Shown here piece by piece: positions 9,681 through 19,102 of a stretch of 39,962 nt of DNA. Within the stretch, counting starts at the first letter, position 1, and each line of letters opens with the position of its first letter. The notes beneath the pieces were generated by a model, which worked only from the letters and a program-made list of their open reading frames with translations, did not search any database and was not told where the DNA came from. The stretch is from positions 1 to 39,962 of the forward strand of contig SHMW01000032.1 of NCBI GenBank assembly GCA_008080735.1, written 5' to 3'. A program made the translations under genes and the position numbers. Origin of the DNA: Promethearchaeota archaeon. Lineage in GTDB: Archaea > Asgardarchaeota > Lokiarchaeia > Sigyniarchaeales > SOKP01.

Positions 9681-9968
9681 TTAGTCGCCAATTAATTCTT
9701 TGACTTCTTCTGCACCATCTTCTAGCTCTTCTTTCTGCTGAGCATCCAGCTTTAATAAAAGATACTGAAACTCTCCGACATGTTCTTTCTCTTCTTTTGC
9801 GATGTCAAGTAATATCATTTTTAAGTGCTTATTATCAGTCATATCCGCCATTTGCTCGTATAGATTGATGGCATCTAGCTCTGCAAGTATTCCTTGACGC
9901 AAAATCTGTTTATCCAGATTCTCTTGTTTAATTTTACTTAAATCGATAGGAGTTTTAGCTAATGTCAT
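9681..9968 (-). CDS. Short ferritin-like / rubrerythrin-domain protein (encapsulin-cargo Flp type)
   Basis: AELDAINLYEQ and EEKEHVGE di-iron motifs; ATG 9968 after GGTGA. Confidence 0.88.
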   Translation of the reverse strand: MTLAKTPIDLSKIKQENLDKQILRQGILAELDAINLYEQMADMTDNKHLKMILLDIAKEEKEHVGEFQYLLLKLDAQQKEELEDGAEEVKELIGD

Positions 9969-10239
9969 ATAATTCACCAATAATTCTTATTGACTTACGT
10001 TTAAGATTAAGGTGTTTTCCTTAAAAAATTATACCTTAAAAACTAAAGATTTAATTCAATACAATTAGTTTGAATCATACAAAATTTGAGATTTACATTC
10101 TCTAGCTAAGACTTATATTTTAATTAGCAAAACAACACTAATTTAATTCTATAAGCAAAATTCCGTAAAAAATTATAGAGCGCTTCATTAAAAATTAAAT
10201 AGATTCGAGTAGAGTTACTTAATATAAACCGACAAGAAA

Positions 10240-11481
10240 ATGATAGATATGACAAACCAGATAAAAATACCTTGGGCCGCATGGCGGGATCCCGAGTTTC
10301 TTGAACTTACTTTTCCTGATTCATGGGAAATAAAAGCATGTAGGATGAATAAGTGGGATGGTCCCGTTTTAAATAAGAATCAACTTAAAGAAGGAATTCT
10401 TAATCCCGTCGGAACTCCAAGATTATCAGAATTAGCTAAAGATAAAGAGGATGCTGTGATTGTGGTTGACGATATGACAAGAACAACTCCCGTATCACTC
10501 TTAATGCCCTATATCCTAGAAGAGCTTTCAAAAGGGGGTTTATCAAAAAACCAAATAACCATTCTGCTAGCTTTAGGAGCTCATAAACCCATGATGAAGC
10601 AAGATCAAATCCTAAAATTGGGTAAAGATGTGGTTGATACAATGTGTATTGAAAACCACCATCCTTATGAGAATTTAACAAACTTCGGAGAATCCAGTAT
10701 TGGAACTCCCATTGATGTGAATACCACGTATTGCAATGCTGATTTGAAGATCTCTGTTGGTGGTGTTATCCCTCATCCCTTAGCAGGTTTTGGCGGAGGT
10801 GCAAAAATTGTCCTACCTGGAGTATGCGGAATCCGTACGTTAGAAGCAAATCATTCTGCAGCAATGAGGGGTATTGGGGCAGGTATAGGAAGAATGACAG
10901 GGGTTCGGGAGGATATCGAAGAAATAGCAGATAAAGTAGGATTAGATTTTTCCATCAATCTCATCTTAACAGAGAAGGGGGAGATTTCGGGAATCACGGC
11001 GGGTCATTTTAGAGATTCACACAGAAAAGCAATGGAAATGGCGACTGAAGCTTATAGCACCGAAGTCACATTGGATAACGATATATGTTTTTTTAATCTC
11101 TTTCCCGAAGACTCGGAATTAAATCAATCGGTTAAAGGCTTCAATGGATTAATGACTGCTCCTAATAAAATGCTTAAACGACGAGGGCATATTGTACTTA
11201 TGTCATCGTCATATGAAGGAAAAGGATATCATAGCCTCATAGCAGAAACTGGCGCAAAACTTTACAATAATTTAGGTGACAGTGTAGTATGGAAAGCATT
11301 TGTGAAGAAGCGAAAGGTACTCTTCTTTTCTCCTAATATCTCAGAGCCTGATTTGTATCATTTCTTCCCGAAAAATGTGAAGTTATTCAACAGCTGGGAG
11401 AGGCTCATAAATGAATTGGATTCTGCCTATGAAGAGCCACCGAAAGCCGCAGTTTTTCCATGTAGCATCCAATTATCCTAA
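10240..11481 (+). CDS. Lactate racemase (LarA) family nickel-pincer enzyme
   Basis: DDMTRTTP, ALGAH, PHPLAGFGGGAK..LPG motifs. Confidence 0.85.
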   Translation: MIDMTNQIKIPWAAWRDPEFLELTFPDSWEIKACRMNKWDGPVLNKNQLKEGILNPVGTPRLSELAKDKEDAVIVVDDMTRTTPVSLLMPYILEELSKGGLSKNQITILLALGAHKPMMKQDQILKLGKDVVDTMCIENHHPYENLTNFGESSIGTPIDVNTTYCNADLKISVGGVIPHPLAGFGGGAKIVLPGVCGIRTLEANHSAAMRGIGAGIGRMTGVREDIEEIADKVGLDFSINLILTEKGEISGITAGHFRDSHRKAMEMATEAYSTEVTLDNDICFFNLFPEDSELNQSVKGFNGLMTAPNKMLKRRGHIVLMSSSYEGKGYHSLIAETGAKLYNNLGDSVVWKAFVKKRKVLFFSPNISEPDLYHFFPKNVKLFNSWERLINELDSAYEEPPKAAVFPCSIQLS

Positions 11482-11662
11482 TTTTTTTATTCATTGTATT
11501 TTTATTAGTCATCGATTTTGAAATCCGGTTTTATGGGTATTCATCGCCTCCCCTTAATAAATTATTAAAATTACTTTTTTATACCATTCTGACTCTTATT
11601 GAAATATCGAACTTCAATATTTCGAGATTTAATACATAATAATATAGTAGGTGTTTAAAAAT

Positions 11663-12040
11663 ATGGTAGATTATAATGAATTTTACCAAGAGGCCGACTG
11701 GAAAAAGGAAAAACATGTTCCCGTGATAGATATGGCTAAGCAAGGTGATGTGGTTACAATAAGGCTCCATGTAGGAGAAGAAATTGGCCATCCCAACACC
11801 ACGGAACATCATATAAGATGGATAAAAGCGCTCTTTTTACCAGATGGTGAAAAATATCCTTATGAGATAGGAAAGTGCGAGTTTAATGCTCACGGCGAAT
11901 CAGTAGAAGGACCCGATACATCCACCGTCTATTGTGACCCAGAAGCCACTCTTCGATTTAAAACGGAAAAACCAGGCACAATCATCGCATTTTCTTACTG
12001 TAATATCCATGGCTTATGGAGAAATGAAGAAAAATTGTGA
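11663..12040 (+). CDS. Superoxide reductase (1Fe, neelaredoxin / class II SORL)
   Basis: EKHVP, HPNTTEHHIRWI, YCNIHGLW iron ligands. Confidence 0.95.
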   Translation: MVDYNEFYQEADWKKEKHVPVIDMAKQGDVVTIRLHVGEEIGHPNTTEHHIRWIKALFLPDGEKYPYEIGKCEFNAHGESVEGPDTSTVYCDPEATLRFKTEKPGTIIAFSYCNIHGLWRNEEKL

Positions 12041-12058
12041 TTAATACGATCTAATTTC

Positions 12059-12112
12059 TCTGGATTATAAAACCTTTTTTATTTTTATTTTTATAAATAT
12101 TTCTAATCCAGA
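12059..12112. terminator. Inverted repeat with T-rich spacer between convergent SOR and desulforedoxin genes
   Basis: TCTGGATTA (12059-12067) ... TAATCCAGA (12104-12112). Confidence 0.4.
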
Positions 12113-12164
12113 TAAGAAAATTAAGAAAAAAATTGAGAATCGGGATTTAGATATCTAGGAAATA

Positions 12165-12284
12165 TCACTCCTCAACTAACACCATATCTTCCCCGCAACA
12201 CACGAGCGTACCGAATCCAGATTCAATTACCTTGACTACATTTCCACATTTTTTACATTTATATACTTCTCCTACTTCTGTCAT
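12165..12284 (-). CDS. Desulforedoxin (39 aa; not in ORF track)
   Basis: Manual translation [39 protein letters not shown]: YKCxxCGN...LVCCGxxM signature; GGTGGTGA RBS. Confidence 0.95.
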   Translation of the reverse strand: MTEVGEVYKCKKCGNVVKVIESGFGTLVCCGEDMVLVEE

Positions 12285-12423
12285 GATTTCACCACCAAGA
12301 AATTTTTAAATCTCGGTTATTTATCAATTAAAGCTTAGCCCAATTAAAGTCTGAGTTTTATATTTCAAAACCTTTCCTATAAAAAACGCTATTATAAAAA
12401 GAAAAAAGTAATTTAAATTAAAA

Positions 12424-12816
12424 CTAAAATCTATCCCACGCTTTATGAACTGCCTTTCCGGTCATTTCTATAACGGGTTGCATCTCATCGGCGGGCGCGA
12501 GTCCAACTTCTGGAGCAATTTTCATTATTGAAACATGAGACACAATCACTTTCCCTTCATCTTCATATACTACAAAACTACAAGGAAAAAGCAATCCTAC
12601 ATTTTTCGAGACATCTAAGGCACCTTTTGCAAATTCGGGGGCGCATGCTAAAATAATGGTATATCGAGAATAATCAACACCCAATTTTTTCTTGAAGATC
12701 TTGTCGATTTCTTTCGTTAACATATGACTAAAACCCTCCTCTTGAATTATCTTCTCTACTTTCTCGACTGCCTCATCAAAGTCCATATTCATCTCTTTTT
12801 TCAGAAAATCTACCAT
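12424..12816 (-). CDS. DUF302 domain protein
   Basis: F.E.V..V...I..EGF, Y.I..AC.P..A..AL, GLL.PC.FVVY pattern. Confidence 0.85.
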   Translation of the reverse strand: MVDFLKKEMNMDFDEAVEKVEKIIQEEGFSHMLTKEIDKIFKKKLGVDYSRYTIILACAPEFAKGALDVSKNVGLLFPCSFVVYEDEGKVIVSHVSIMKIAPEVGLAPADEMQPVIEMTGKAVHKAWDRF

Positions 12817-12840
12817 AATTCTTATCACCTCTCTATTAAA

Positions 12841-13179
12841 CTATTCTGCTAATTCTTTTATCGATTTTAATACATTAGCCGTAAACATCAGGCTGGGACC
12901 GCCGCCCATCATACTAGCTACCAAACAAGCTTCCATAATTTCTTCCTTCGTGGCACCCTCTTCTAACGCGTTCTTTACATGAAGGGCAACACACCATTCG
13001 CACTGCTTACTTACAGACAAAGCGACACCTATTATCTCTTTCACTTTTTTCGATAATGCACCATCCTCTTTTGAGGCTCCCATAAACTTCTGAAAGCCCT
13101 CCATCGCGGCGGGATTTACTTTCCCAAAAGAGTTCATCGTATTTTGGATTTCTTGTAATAATTCTTTACTATTTCTCAT
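12841..13179 (-). CDS. Carboxymuconolactone decarboxylase / AhpD-like protein
   Basis: GAL..K.KE.I...SV..QCEWCVALH...A...GAT.EEI.EA...MGGGP; CxxC intact. Confidence 0.92.
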   Translation of the reverse strand: MRNSKELLQEIQNTMNSFGKVNPAAMEGFQKFMGASKEDGALSKKVKEIIGVALSVSKQCEWCVALHVKNALEEGATKEEIMEACLVASMMGGGPSLMFTANVLKSIKELAE

Positions 13180-13472
13180 ATTTTTTTCGCTCTCTTATAA
13201 AATTTTGAATTATTGTTCTAGTTGTTTGAATTTCTTTAATTCCTTTTTATTATAATCTAAAAAGATTTTACATTGGAGTATATGAAACCCTTAAGCTAAA
13301 AAAATGATATGCTTATGATTTATTAAAAAACTCTCGTAATTCATGCTATTCTCATAGATAGTAGATAAATACGATTAGAATTAATTCGCATATTTTTATT
13401 TTAAAAAAAGTAGATATTTAAGGTTCTGCGACTTATGATTCTAAATAATTTATAGAGAGCCACGAATTCAAG

Positions 13473-14636
13473 ATGAGAGAAAATACGAAAATCGCGTTTT
13501 TAGTAATTCTAATTATTTTGGGAATTGGAGGTTTATTATTTGTAATCAATTTATTCGTTCCAAGTTACGCTTACTGCGATTATGATTATGTAAATGCCTT
13601 TCCGAACCTCTCCTTCAGTCAACCCGTGGGAATTTATAGTCCGAACGATGGCTCAAATAGACTTTTTGTTCTAGAAAAAGGGGGTTCCATTCAAATTATC
13701 GATAATAATGAATCAGCAACATCAAAGCATCTCTTTCTTGATATCAGAGATCAAGTAAGCGATGATGGAGAACGAGGATTATTGGGATTAGCATTTCATC
13801 CGAATTTTACCAATAATAATTTTACATATATATATTACACAAACAATACGGGAGATTCCATCATTTCTCGATTCTCTTTAGAAGATGAAAATACTGCTAA
13901 TGAATCTAGTGAATATATAATCTTGAGGGTTGAGCAACCCGCCAGCAATCATAATGGTGGACAGATAGCCTTCGGACCCGATGGATACCTTTATATCGCG
14001 CTCGGTGATGGGGGCGGAGGTGGCGATACCTATGGGAATGCTCAAAATAGAGAGACTCTCTTAGGGTCAATATTACGGATAGACATCGATTCGGGCGATC
14101 CATATGCAATTCCTGGCGATAACCCATTTTTTGGAAATGATCAGGGATATAAAGAAGAAATCTATGCATATGGATTGAGAAATCCGTGGAGATTTAGTTT
14201 TGATAACGAGACAGAGTTATTATGGGCTGCAGACGTTGGACAAAACGCTTGGGAGGAGATAAATATAATCGATAATGGGGGAAACTATGGCTGGCCAATT
14301 CTCGAAGGGACACATTGCTATGAATCCCTGAGCTGCAATAAGAGTCAGTACGACGCTCCTATCTACGAATATTCACATAGTTTTGGACAATCTATTACAG
14401 GGGGATACGTGTATCGCGGAAACCAATTACCATGCTTAAACGGAAAATATATTTATGGGGATTTTATAAACGGGAAAATATGGGCACTCGATTACACCCA
14501 AGGGACTAATGTTCAAAACGAGATTGTGAAAGATTTACCCTATAAAATCACTTCATTTGGCGAAGATTCGAACAAGGAGCTGTTAATATGCACAATCGAA
14601 GGCAATATCTATAAACTAGTGAGAATGATTAAATAA
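13473..14636 (+). CDS. Membrane-anchored PQQ-dependent sugar dehydrogenase (GSDH family)
   Basis: N-terminal TM, GERGLLGLAFHP, NHNGGQIAFGPDGYLY..GDGG, YGLRNPWRFSFD, GGNYGWP. Confidence 0.92.
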   Translation: MRENTKIAFLVILIILGIGGLLFVINLFVPSYAYCDYDYVNAFPNLSFSQPVGIYSPNDGSNRLFVLEKGGSIQIIDNNESATSKHLFLDIRDQVSDDGERGLLGLAFHPNFTNNNFTYIYYTNNTGDSIISRFSLEDENTANESSEYIILRVEQPASNHNGGQIAFGPDGYLYIALGDGGGGGDTYGNAQNRETLLGSILRIDIDSGDPYAIPGDNPFFGNDQGYKEEIYAYGLRNPWRFSFDNETELLWAADVGQNAWEEINIIDNGGNYGWPILEGTHCYESLSCNKSQYDAPIYEYSHSFGQSITGGYVYRGNQLPCLNGKYIYGDFINGKIWALDYTQGTNVQNEIVKDLPYKITSFGEDSNKELLICTIEGNIYKLVRMIK

Positions 14637-14707
14637 TGCTCCTAAATATGCTTTTTTTAATATAAAAATAATCTACAAAAATAAAATAAATAGCTAAAAA
14701 AAAAAAT

Positions 14708-15496
14708 TTATAGTAAAATTACGGCATCAACAAAGAGTTCGTAGTTTTCGTCTTCATCAAGGTCGTGGATTATTACTTTTTCAACATCATTTGTTCCTTG
14801 AATCTCTATAAGTTTAGATTCTCTCAAGATTTTTACATCCGAGAATTTTAATCGTTTTCTTAGCTGTTCTGCCCCAGGTATTCCATCTTTATTGGTAACT
14901 AATATTACTCTTCCGGTAAAATCTGTCAATTCTATAGACAATTCCAACGATTTTTCTCCCGTATCTACAATTAATGTCCGTTTGTCTCTTAAATCCTCCA
15001 AATTTGGAATATTTTTGTACACGCCTTTATCCAAAAATTCTTCCATACCGAGTATTATGTCTATATCTATCGGTTTGCAAGATCCTTGCACTTCTACTTC
15101 TGGTTCGGTGCCTTCTCTATAATTATCAATAGCGGCTTTTAATGCATCCGCTGCTAAATTCGAGCAATGCATCTTTATCGGCGGAAGACCGTCCAACTCG
15201 TCTGCTACATCATCTCTTGTAATTTTATAGGCTTCATCAAGCGTCATACCCATTGCCATTTCGGTGACCATTGAAGAGGTAGCGACAGCAGAGCCACAGC
15301 CAAACGTTCTGAACTTTATATCTTCGATAATTTCTTGTTGATCTTCATTTTCGCTTACGTTAATAAAAATTTCCATCAAATCTCCACAAACGGGATTTCC
15401 CACTTTGCCGTATCCATCAGGATTTTCGATTACCCCCACGTTACGTGGATTTCTAAAATGATCCATCACCTTTTTGGTATACTGCGTAGATTTCAT
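14708..15496 (-). CDS. iscU: IscU/NifU Fe-S scaffold with C-terminal thioredoxin-reductase-like Rossmann domain
   Basis: DHFRNPRNVG, GNPVCGD, FGCGSA, LPPIKMHC; ~125-aa C-terminal extension. Confidence 0.92.
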   Translation of the reverse strand: MKSTQYTKKVMDHFRNPRNVGVIENPDGYGKVGNPVCGDLMEIFINVSENEDQQEIIEDIKFRTFGCGSAVATSSMVTEMAMGMTLDEAYKITRDDVADELDGLPPIKMHCSNLAADALKAAIDNYREGTEPEVEVQGSCKPIDIDIILGMEEFLDKGVYKNIPNLEDLRDKRTLIVDTGEKSLELSIELTDFTGRVILVTNKDGIPGAEQLRKRLKFSDVKILRESKLIEIQGTNDVEKVIIHDLDEDENYELFVDAVILL

Positions 15497-15497
15497 T

Positions 15498-16694
15498 TTA
15501 GTTTTTCACCTCTCTATATTGTTTTAATAATTCTCTAGGAGTCAGAGGAGATAATCTCCTTAGCCTGTGGACGACTTGAGGCAATATTTTAATCAATTGC
15601 TCGATCTCCTCTTCTTGCGTAAATCTTCCCAAGGTTAAAAGTAAACTCCCGTGTGCCTCTTCATGGAGTAGTCCGCATGAAATGAGAGTGTGGGAAGGTT
15701 CTAATGTTTTTGAGGTACAGGCTGAACCCGTAGCAGCAGCGATATTTTGCTCTTTCAGATCCAAGATCAATGATTCTCCTTCGATATAATCAAATCGAAA
15801 ATGAGCATTATGAGCTAATCTTTTGGTTGGATGACCATTAAGATATGATTTTGGAATCGTTTCCAATATTTTTTTTATTAAGATATCTCTGTAATTTGAT
15901 AATCGTTTTGTCTCAGATTCCATTTCTCTCTTCATAATTTCTGCGGCTTTTGCAAATCCAACGATTCCGTGTAAATTATGCGAACCAGACCGCATCCCAA
16001 ATTCTTGCCCTCCTCCGATGAGTATGGGATTAATTCGCAAGCCTTTTCTAAGATAGAGCGCTGCCACCCCTTTTGGTCCATAAATATCGTTTGAGGAAAA
16101 TGTAATTAAGTCGATGGGAACCTGATTAACATCAATCGGCAACACAGATTCGCTCGCAACCGCATCAGTATGAAATAATACACCTTTATCTCTCGCAATT
16201 GCACTGATCTCCTCAAATGGTTGAATTGATCCAATTTCGTTGCTCGCGGTCGAAATAGAGATAAGGATCGTCTCATCGTTAATTAGGTTTTGTAGTTTTT
16301 CAAGCCGAACAATCCCGTATTGATCGACTGGGACTTTACTTACTTGAAAACCTTCTCGCTCAAGATATTTGACAATATTCCTTATCGAGATATGCTCAAT
16401 TTCAGAAATAATAATATGATTACCCTTGTTTTTATATCTCATCGCAGTGCCTATAAGTGCCAAGTTATTGGATTCTGTCGCATTCGATGTGAAGATTATT
16501 TTTGAATCCTCTGAAGCATTAATGAAATCTTTAATCATGCTCCGAGCAGTTTCAAGCGTATCCGTAGCCTCATCACCGATATTATGCAGAGATGCGGGGT
16601 TTCCGAACTTATCTGTGAAATAAGGCATCATCTCCTCCACAACCCTGGGATCGACTGGCTTTGCGGATTGGTAATCTAAATAAATATTTTCCAT
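15498..16694 (-). CDS. iscS: IscS-family protein lacking the PLP Schiff-base lysine
   Basis: YLDY, GNPASLH, ATESNNLA, EH, HTDA, TGSACTS; SSNDIYGPKG where SxHKxYGPKG is canonical. Confidence 0.92.
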   Translation of the reverse strand: MENIYLDYQSAKPVDPRVVEEMMPYFTDKFGNPASLHNIGDEATDTLETARSMIKDFINASEDSKIIFTSNATESNNLALIGTAMRYKNKGNHIIISEIEHISIRNIVKYLEREGFQVSKVPVDQYGIVRLEKLQNLINDETILISISTASNEIGSIQPFEEISAIARDKGVLFHTDAVASESVLPIDVNQVPIDLITFSSNDIYGPKGVAALYLRKGLRINPILIGGGQEFGMRSGSHNLHGIVGFAKAAEIMKREMESETKRLSNYRDILIKKILETIPKSYLNGHPTKRLAHNAHFRFDYIEGESLILDLKEQNIAAATGSACTSKTLEPSHTLISCGLLHEEAHGSLLLTLGRFTQEEEIEQLIKILPQVVHRLRRLSPLTPRELLKQYREVKN

Positions 16695-16736
16695 TTTATA
16701 CACCTCGAATTTTTATTTTTGATTTGTAGTGGTGTG

Positions 16737-17096
16737 TTAGAACCACATCGTTCCATCGGCTTCTAACACTAAATCATTGAGCGTTGCAGCACCCACGATC
16801 TTCACACCGGCAATCAAATCTACACTTTCCCAACCCAGCATTCGTTTAGATGCCTCACAAACCAATATCTCCACCCCTGATTCTAAGGTCTTATCTATCA
16901 TCTCTCTAACACTTGGGAAATTCCCCAATTTAATCTTTTCTGCCGCTCCAGGGCGTAATATTTTTAACCCCGTTCCCAAATAATATACTTTTGCGTTAAT
17001 ATCCATGGCTTTAGCAGTTTGAGCTAATACTAATGGGGAATATTGCTTTTCTGGGGCATCTGTCGTTTGTACATACAATAATTCTTTCTTTTCCAT
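16737..17096 (-). CDS. DsrE-family sulfur carrier / peroxiredoxin-like protein
   Basis: GV.I.VCEAS...G...IVGAAT motif with conserved Cys; ATG 17096 after GGAGG. Confidence 0.88.
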   Translation of the reverse strand: MEKKELLYVQTTDAPEKQYSPLVLAQTAKAMDINAKVYYLGTGLKILRPGAAEKIKLGNFPSVREMIDKTLESGVEILVCEASKRMLGWESVDLIAGVKIVGAATLNDLVLEADGTMWF

Positions 17097-17109
17097 TTTT
17101 TTAACCTCC

Positions 17110-17364
17110 TTATTTTCTTTTTCTAAAATAAAATATGAGATCGTTCTCTTCCTTACTAAAATCGATAATTTCAGTATCCGTTCGTTTTGCCCACCGTTTA
17201 AAATCCTCCTCTGCGGCGGGATCATCTGCCATCACCTTAAAACATTGGCCGATCTCCAACTCTTCAGAAACATTTCGGACTTCAAACAACGGTTCGGGAC
17301 AAAATAACCCTCGTGTGTCCAATTCCACATCAAAAGTAGGTTCTTCAGGTTTTTCTTCACTCAT
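17110..17364 (-). CDS. tusA: TusA/SirA family sulfur carrier
   Basis: LDTRGLFCPEP, ADDPAA.ED..RW; AGGAGG RBS. Confidence 0.92.
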   Translation of the reverse strand: MSEEKPEEPTFDVELDTRGLFCPEPLFEVRNVSEELEIGQCFKVMADDPAAEEDFKRWAKRTDTEIIDFSKEENDLIFYFRKRK

Positions 17365-17691
17365 AGTATAAACCTCCTTACTATTGTTTCGCTGATAGTA
17401 TAATACTTGAGTGAAATCAAAAATCTACTTATTATAAATTCAATGAAATTGACCATTTCACTAGTTATTTATAAGGTAGTTCCAACAAATCGCTTATAGT
17501 ACATAAACTATTAATAAAGATCTCAAACTTTTTAGAAAAAAACTCTGTCAATTTTAATTGGATAATATTCTACATTCTATGGTTTATCTATTTAGATGTG
17601 AAATATCTCCCTTCAGATAACCAATCAGAAAAAAATTAATTCATTTATAGATCAAGACTTACTTCGAAAAAGAAAGGATATACAAGTCAAT

Positions 17692-17946
17692 CTACTTGTC
17701 CTTTCGAAAGTAGAATACTAACTCGCTATCCCCTTGGTTAAAATCGACGATCTCAGTACCCGTTTCCTGTGCCCATTCTCGAAACTCTCTTTCAGCGGCA
17801 GGATCATCTGTCATCACTTTGAAACATTGTCCAATTTCCAAATCTGCTGATTCATCTTTAACCTTAAGTAAGGGTTCCGGACAAAATAATCCGCGGGTAT
17901 CGACCTCAACATCGAATCGCTCTTTTTCAGATGGGTTTTTCTTCAT
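17692..17946 (-). CDS. tusA: Second TusA/SirA family sulfur carrier (paralog)
   Basis: VDTRGLFCPEP, TDDPAA; clearly similar to 17110..17364; GGAGG RBS before ATG 17946. Confidence 0.9.
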   Translation of the reverse strand: MKKNPSEKERFDVEVDTRGLFCPEPLLKVKDESADLEIGQCFKVMTDDPAAEREFREWAQETGTEIVDFNQGDSELVFYFRKDK

Positions 17947-18153
17947 GACTATTCCCTCCGTTCCAAATTTATTTTGAATACTATTATTAATATCTAATTT
18001 GGAAATGAAAAATATATGCATTATAAAATAAGCAATTAAAATGCGAATTCCACACACGAATTAAGTAATCTGGACTTCTCGATTATAAATTATAATCTCA
18101 TTTTAATAATCTTGAATGAAAATGAAAAAAGTAAAAATAAAGAATAGGATAGT

Positions 18154-18786
18154 TTAGTTTTCAGCTAACGCTTTAATATGTTTGACACCCTCGACTGCGT
18201 CTTCGGCAAAATCATCCGCTCCAAGTTCTTTAGCAAGATCCTCATTAAGCGGTGCCCCACCAACGATTAACTTCACTTGATCACGCAATCCCGCATTTTT
18301 TAATGCTTTGTCCACTATTTTTATTTGTTCGACAGTCATCGTAAGCAATGAACTTAACGCGACTATGCTGGCTCCCGTTTCTTTAACTTTCTCAACAATC
18401 TTGGTCTCATCCACATCCATCCCTAAATCGTGGATCTCAAATCCAGAACTTAACAGCAGAGAACCTAAAATATTTTTGCCGATATCGTGGTTATCCCCCT
18501 TCACGGTCGCAAGGATAATCTTTGTCTTTTCTTGGGATTGATCCGCATCTGCTAATGCGGGTTGGAGCACTTCAAAAGCCTCTTTCATTGTCTCTCCCGC
18601 GAGGACTAACTCGGTTAGGTAATATTCTTTCTCTTCATAGCGCCTTCCCACCTCGTCCATGCCCTTGGTTAAGGCGTTAAGCACCTCAAAGGGGTCTTTG
18701 TCCTCACCTAATGCTTCTCTGACCGCTTCTTGAATATCGTCGACCTCTAGCTCTATTATCAATTCAGTTAATTTTTCAAATTCCAT
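18154..18786 (-). CDS. Corrinoid (B12-binding) protein of the methyltransferase cognate MtaC/MtbC type
   Basis: Cap domain GM.EVG.RYE..EY.L.E; DxHxxG (GDNHDIGKN), SSL.T, GGAP. Confidence 0.93.
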   Translation of the reverse strand: MEFEKLTELIIELEVDDIQEAVREALGEDKDPFEVLNALTKGMDEVGRRYEEKEYYLTELVLAGETMKEAFEVLQPALADADQSQEKTKIILATVKGDNHDIGKNILGSLLLSSGFEIHDLGMDVDETKIVEKVKETGASIVALSSLLTMTVEQIKIVDKALKNAGLRDQVKLIVGGAPLNEDLAKELGADDFAEDAVEGVKHIKALAEN

Positions 18787-19102
18787 ATATTACACAAACT
18801 CTTCTCGATATTATAAATTATTTTCAACTAATTTAGTATTAAACTTTATTATATCTAAATTTTCGCAAAATCTTCTCTGATAAGGAGGTGCCTATTGAAG
18901 CTATGTTTTGTGAATATAATCTTTTTAGATATATATATCTGTCAAATGCTTTTTCTTTCTAATTAGGCTTATTCAAATAGTTTGTCGATACACTGGGGGA
19001 AATAACCAATGAGTTTATATGTGAATAGAAAAAGAAAGAGAAAGAGAATTCGCAAAATCGCAAAAACTTTAAACAAGTTTTGGGATAAAAATTTAGTAAT
19101 AC

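Noticed and set aside
17097-17225. N-terminal extension of the DsrE ORF in the track
   Set aside because: Overlaps tusA in another frame; RBS supports ATG 17096
17947-18057. N-terminal extension of the second TusA
   Set aside because: AT-rich promoter-like DNA; paralog length and RBS support ATG 17946
18880-18966. AAGGAGGT followed by a short TTG ORF
   Set aside because: About 23 codons of low-complexity AT-rich sequence with no other support
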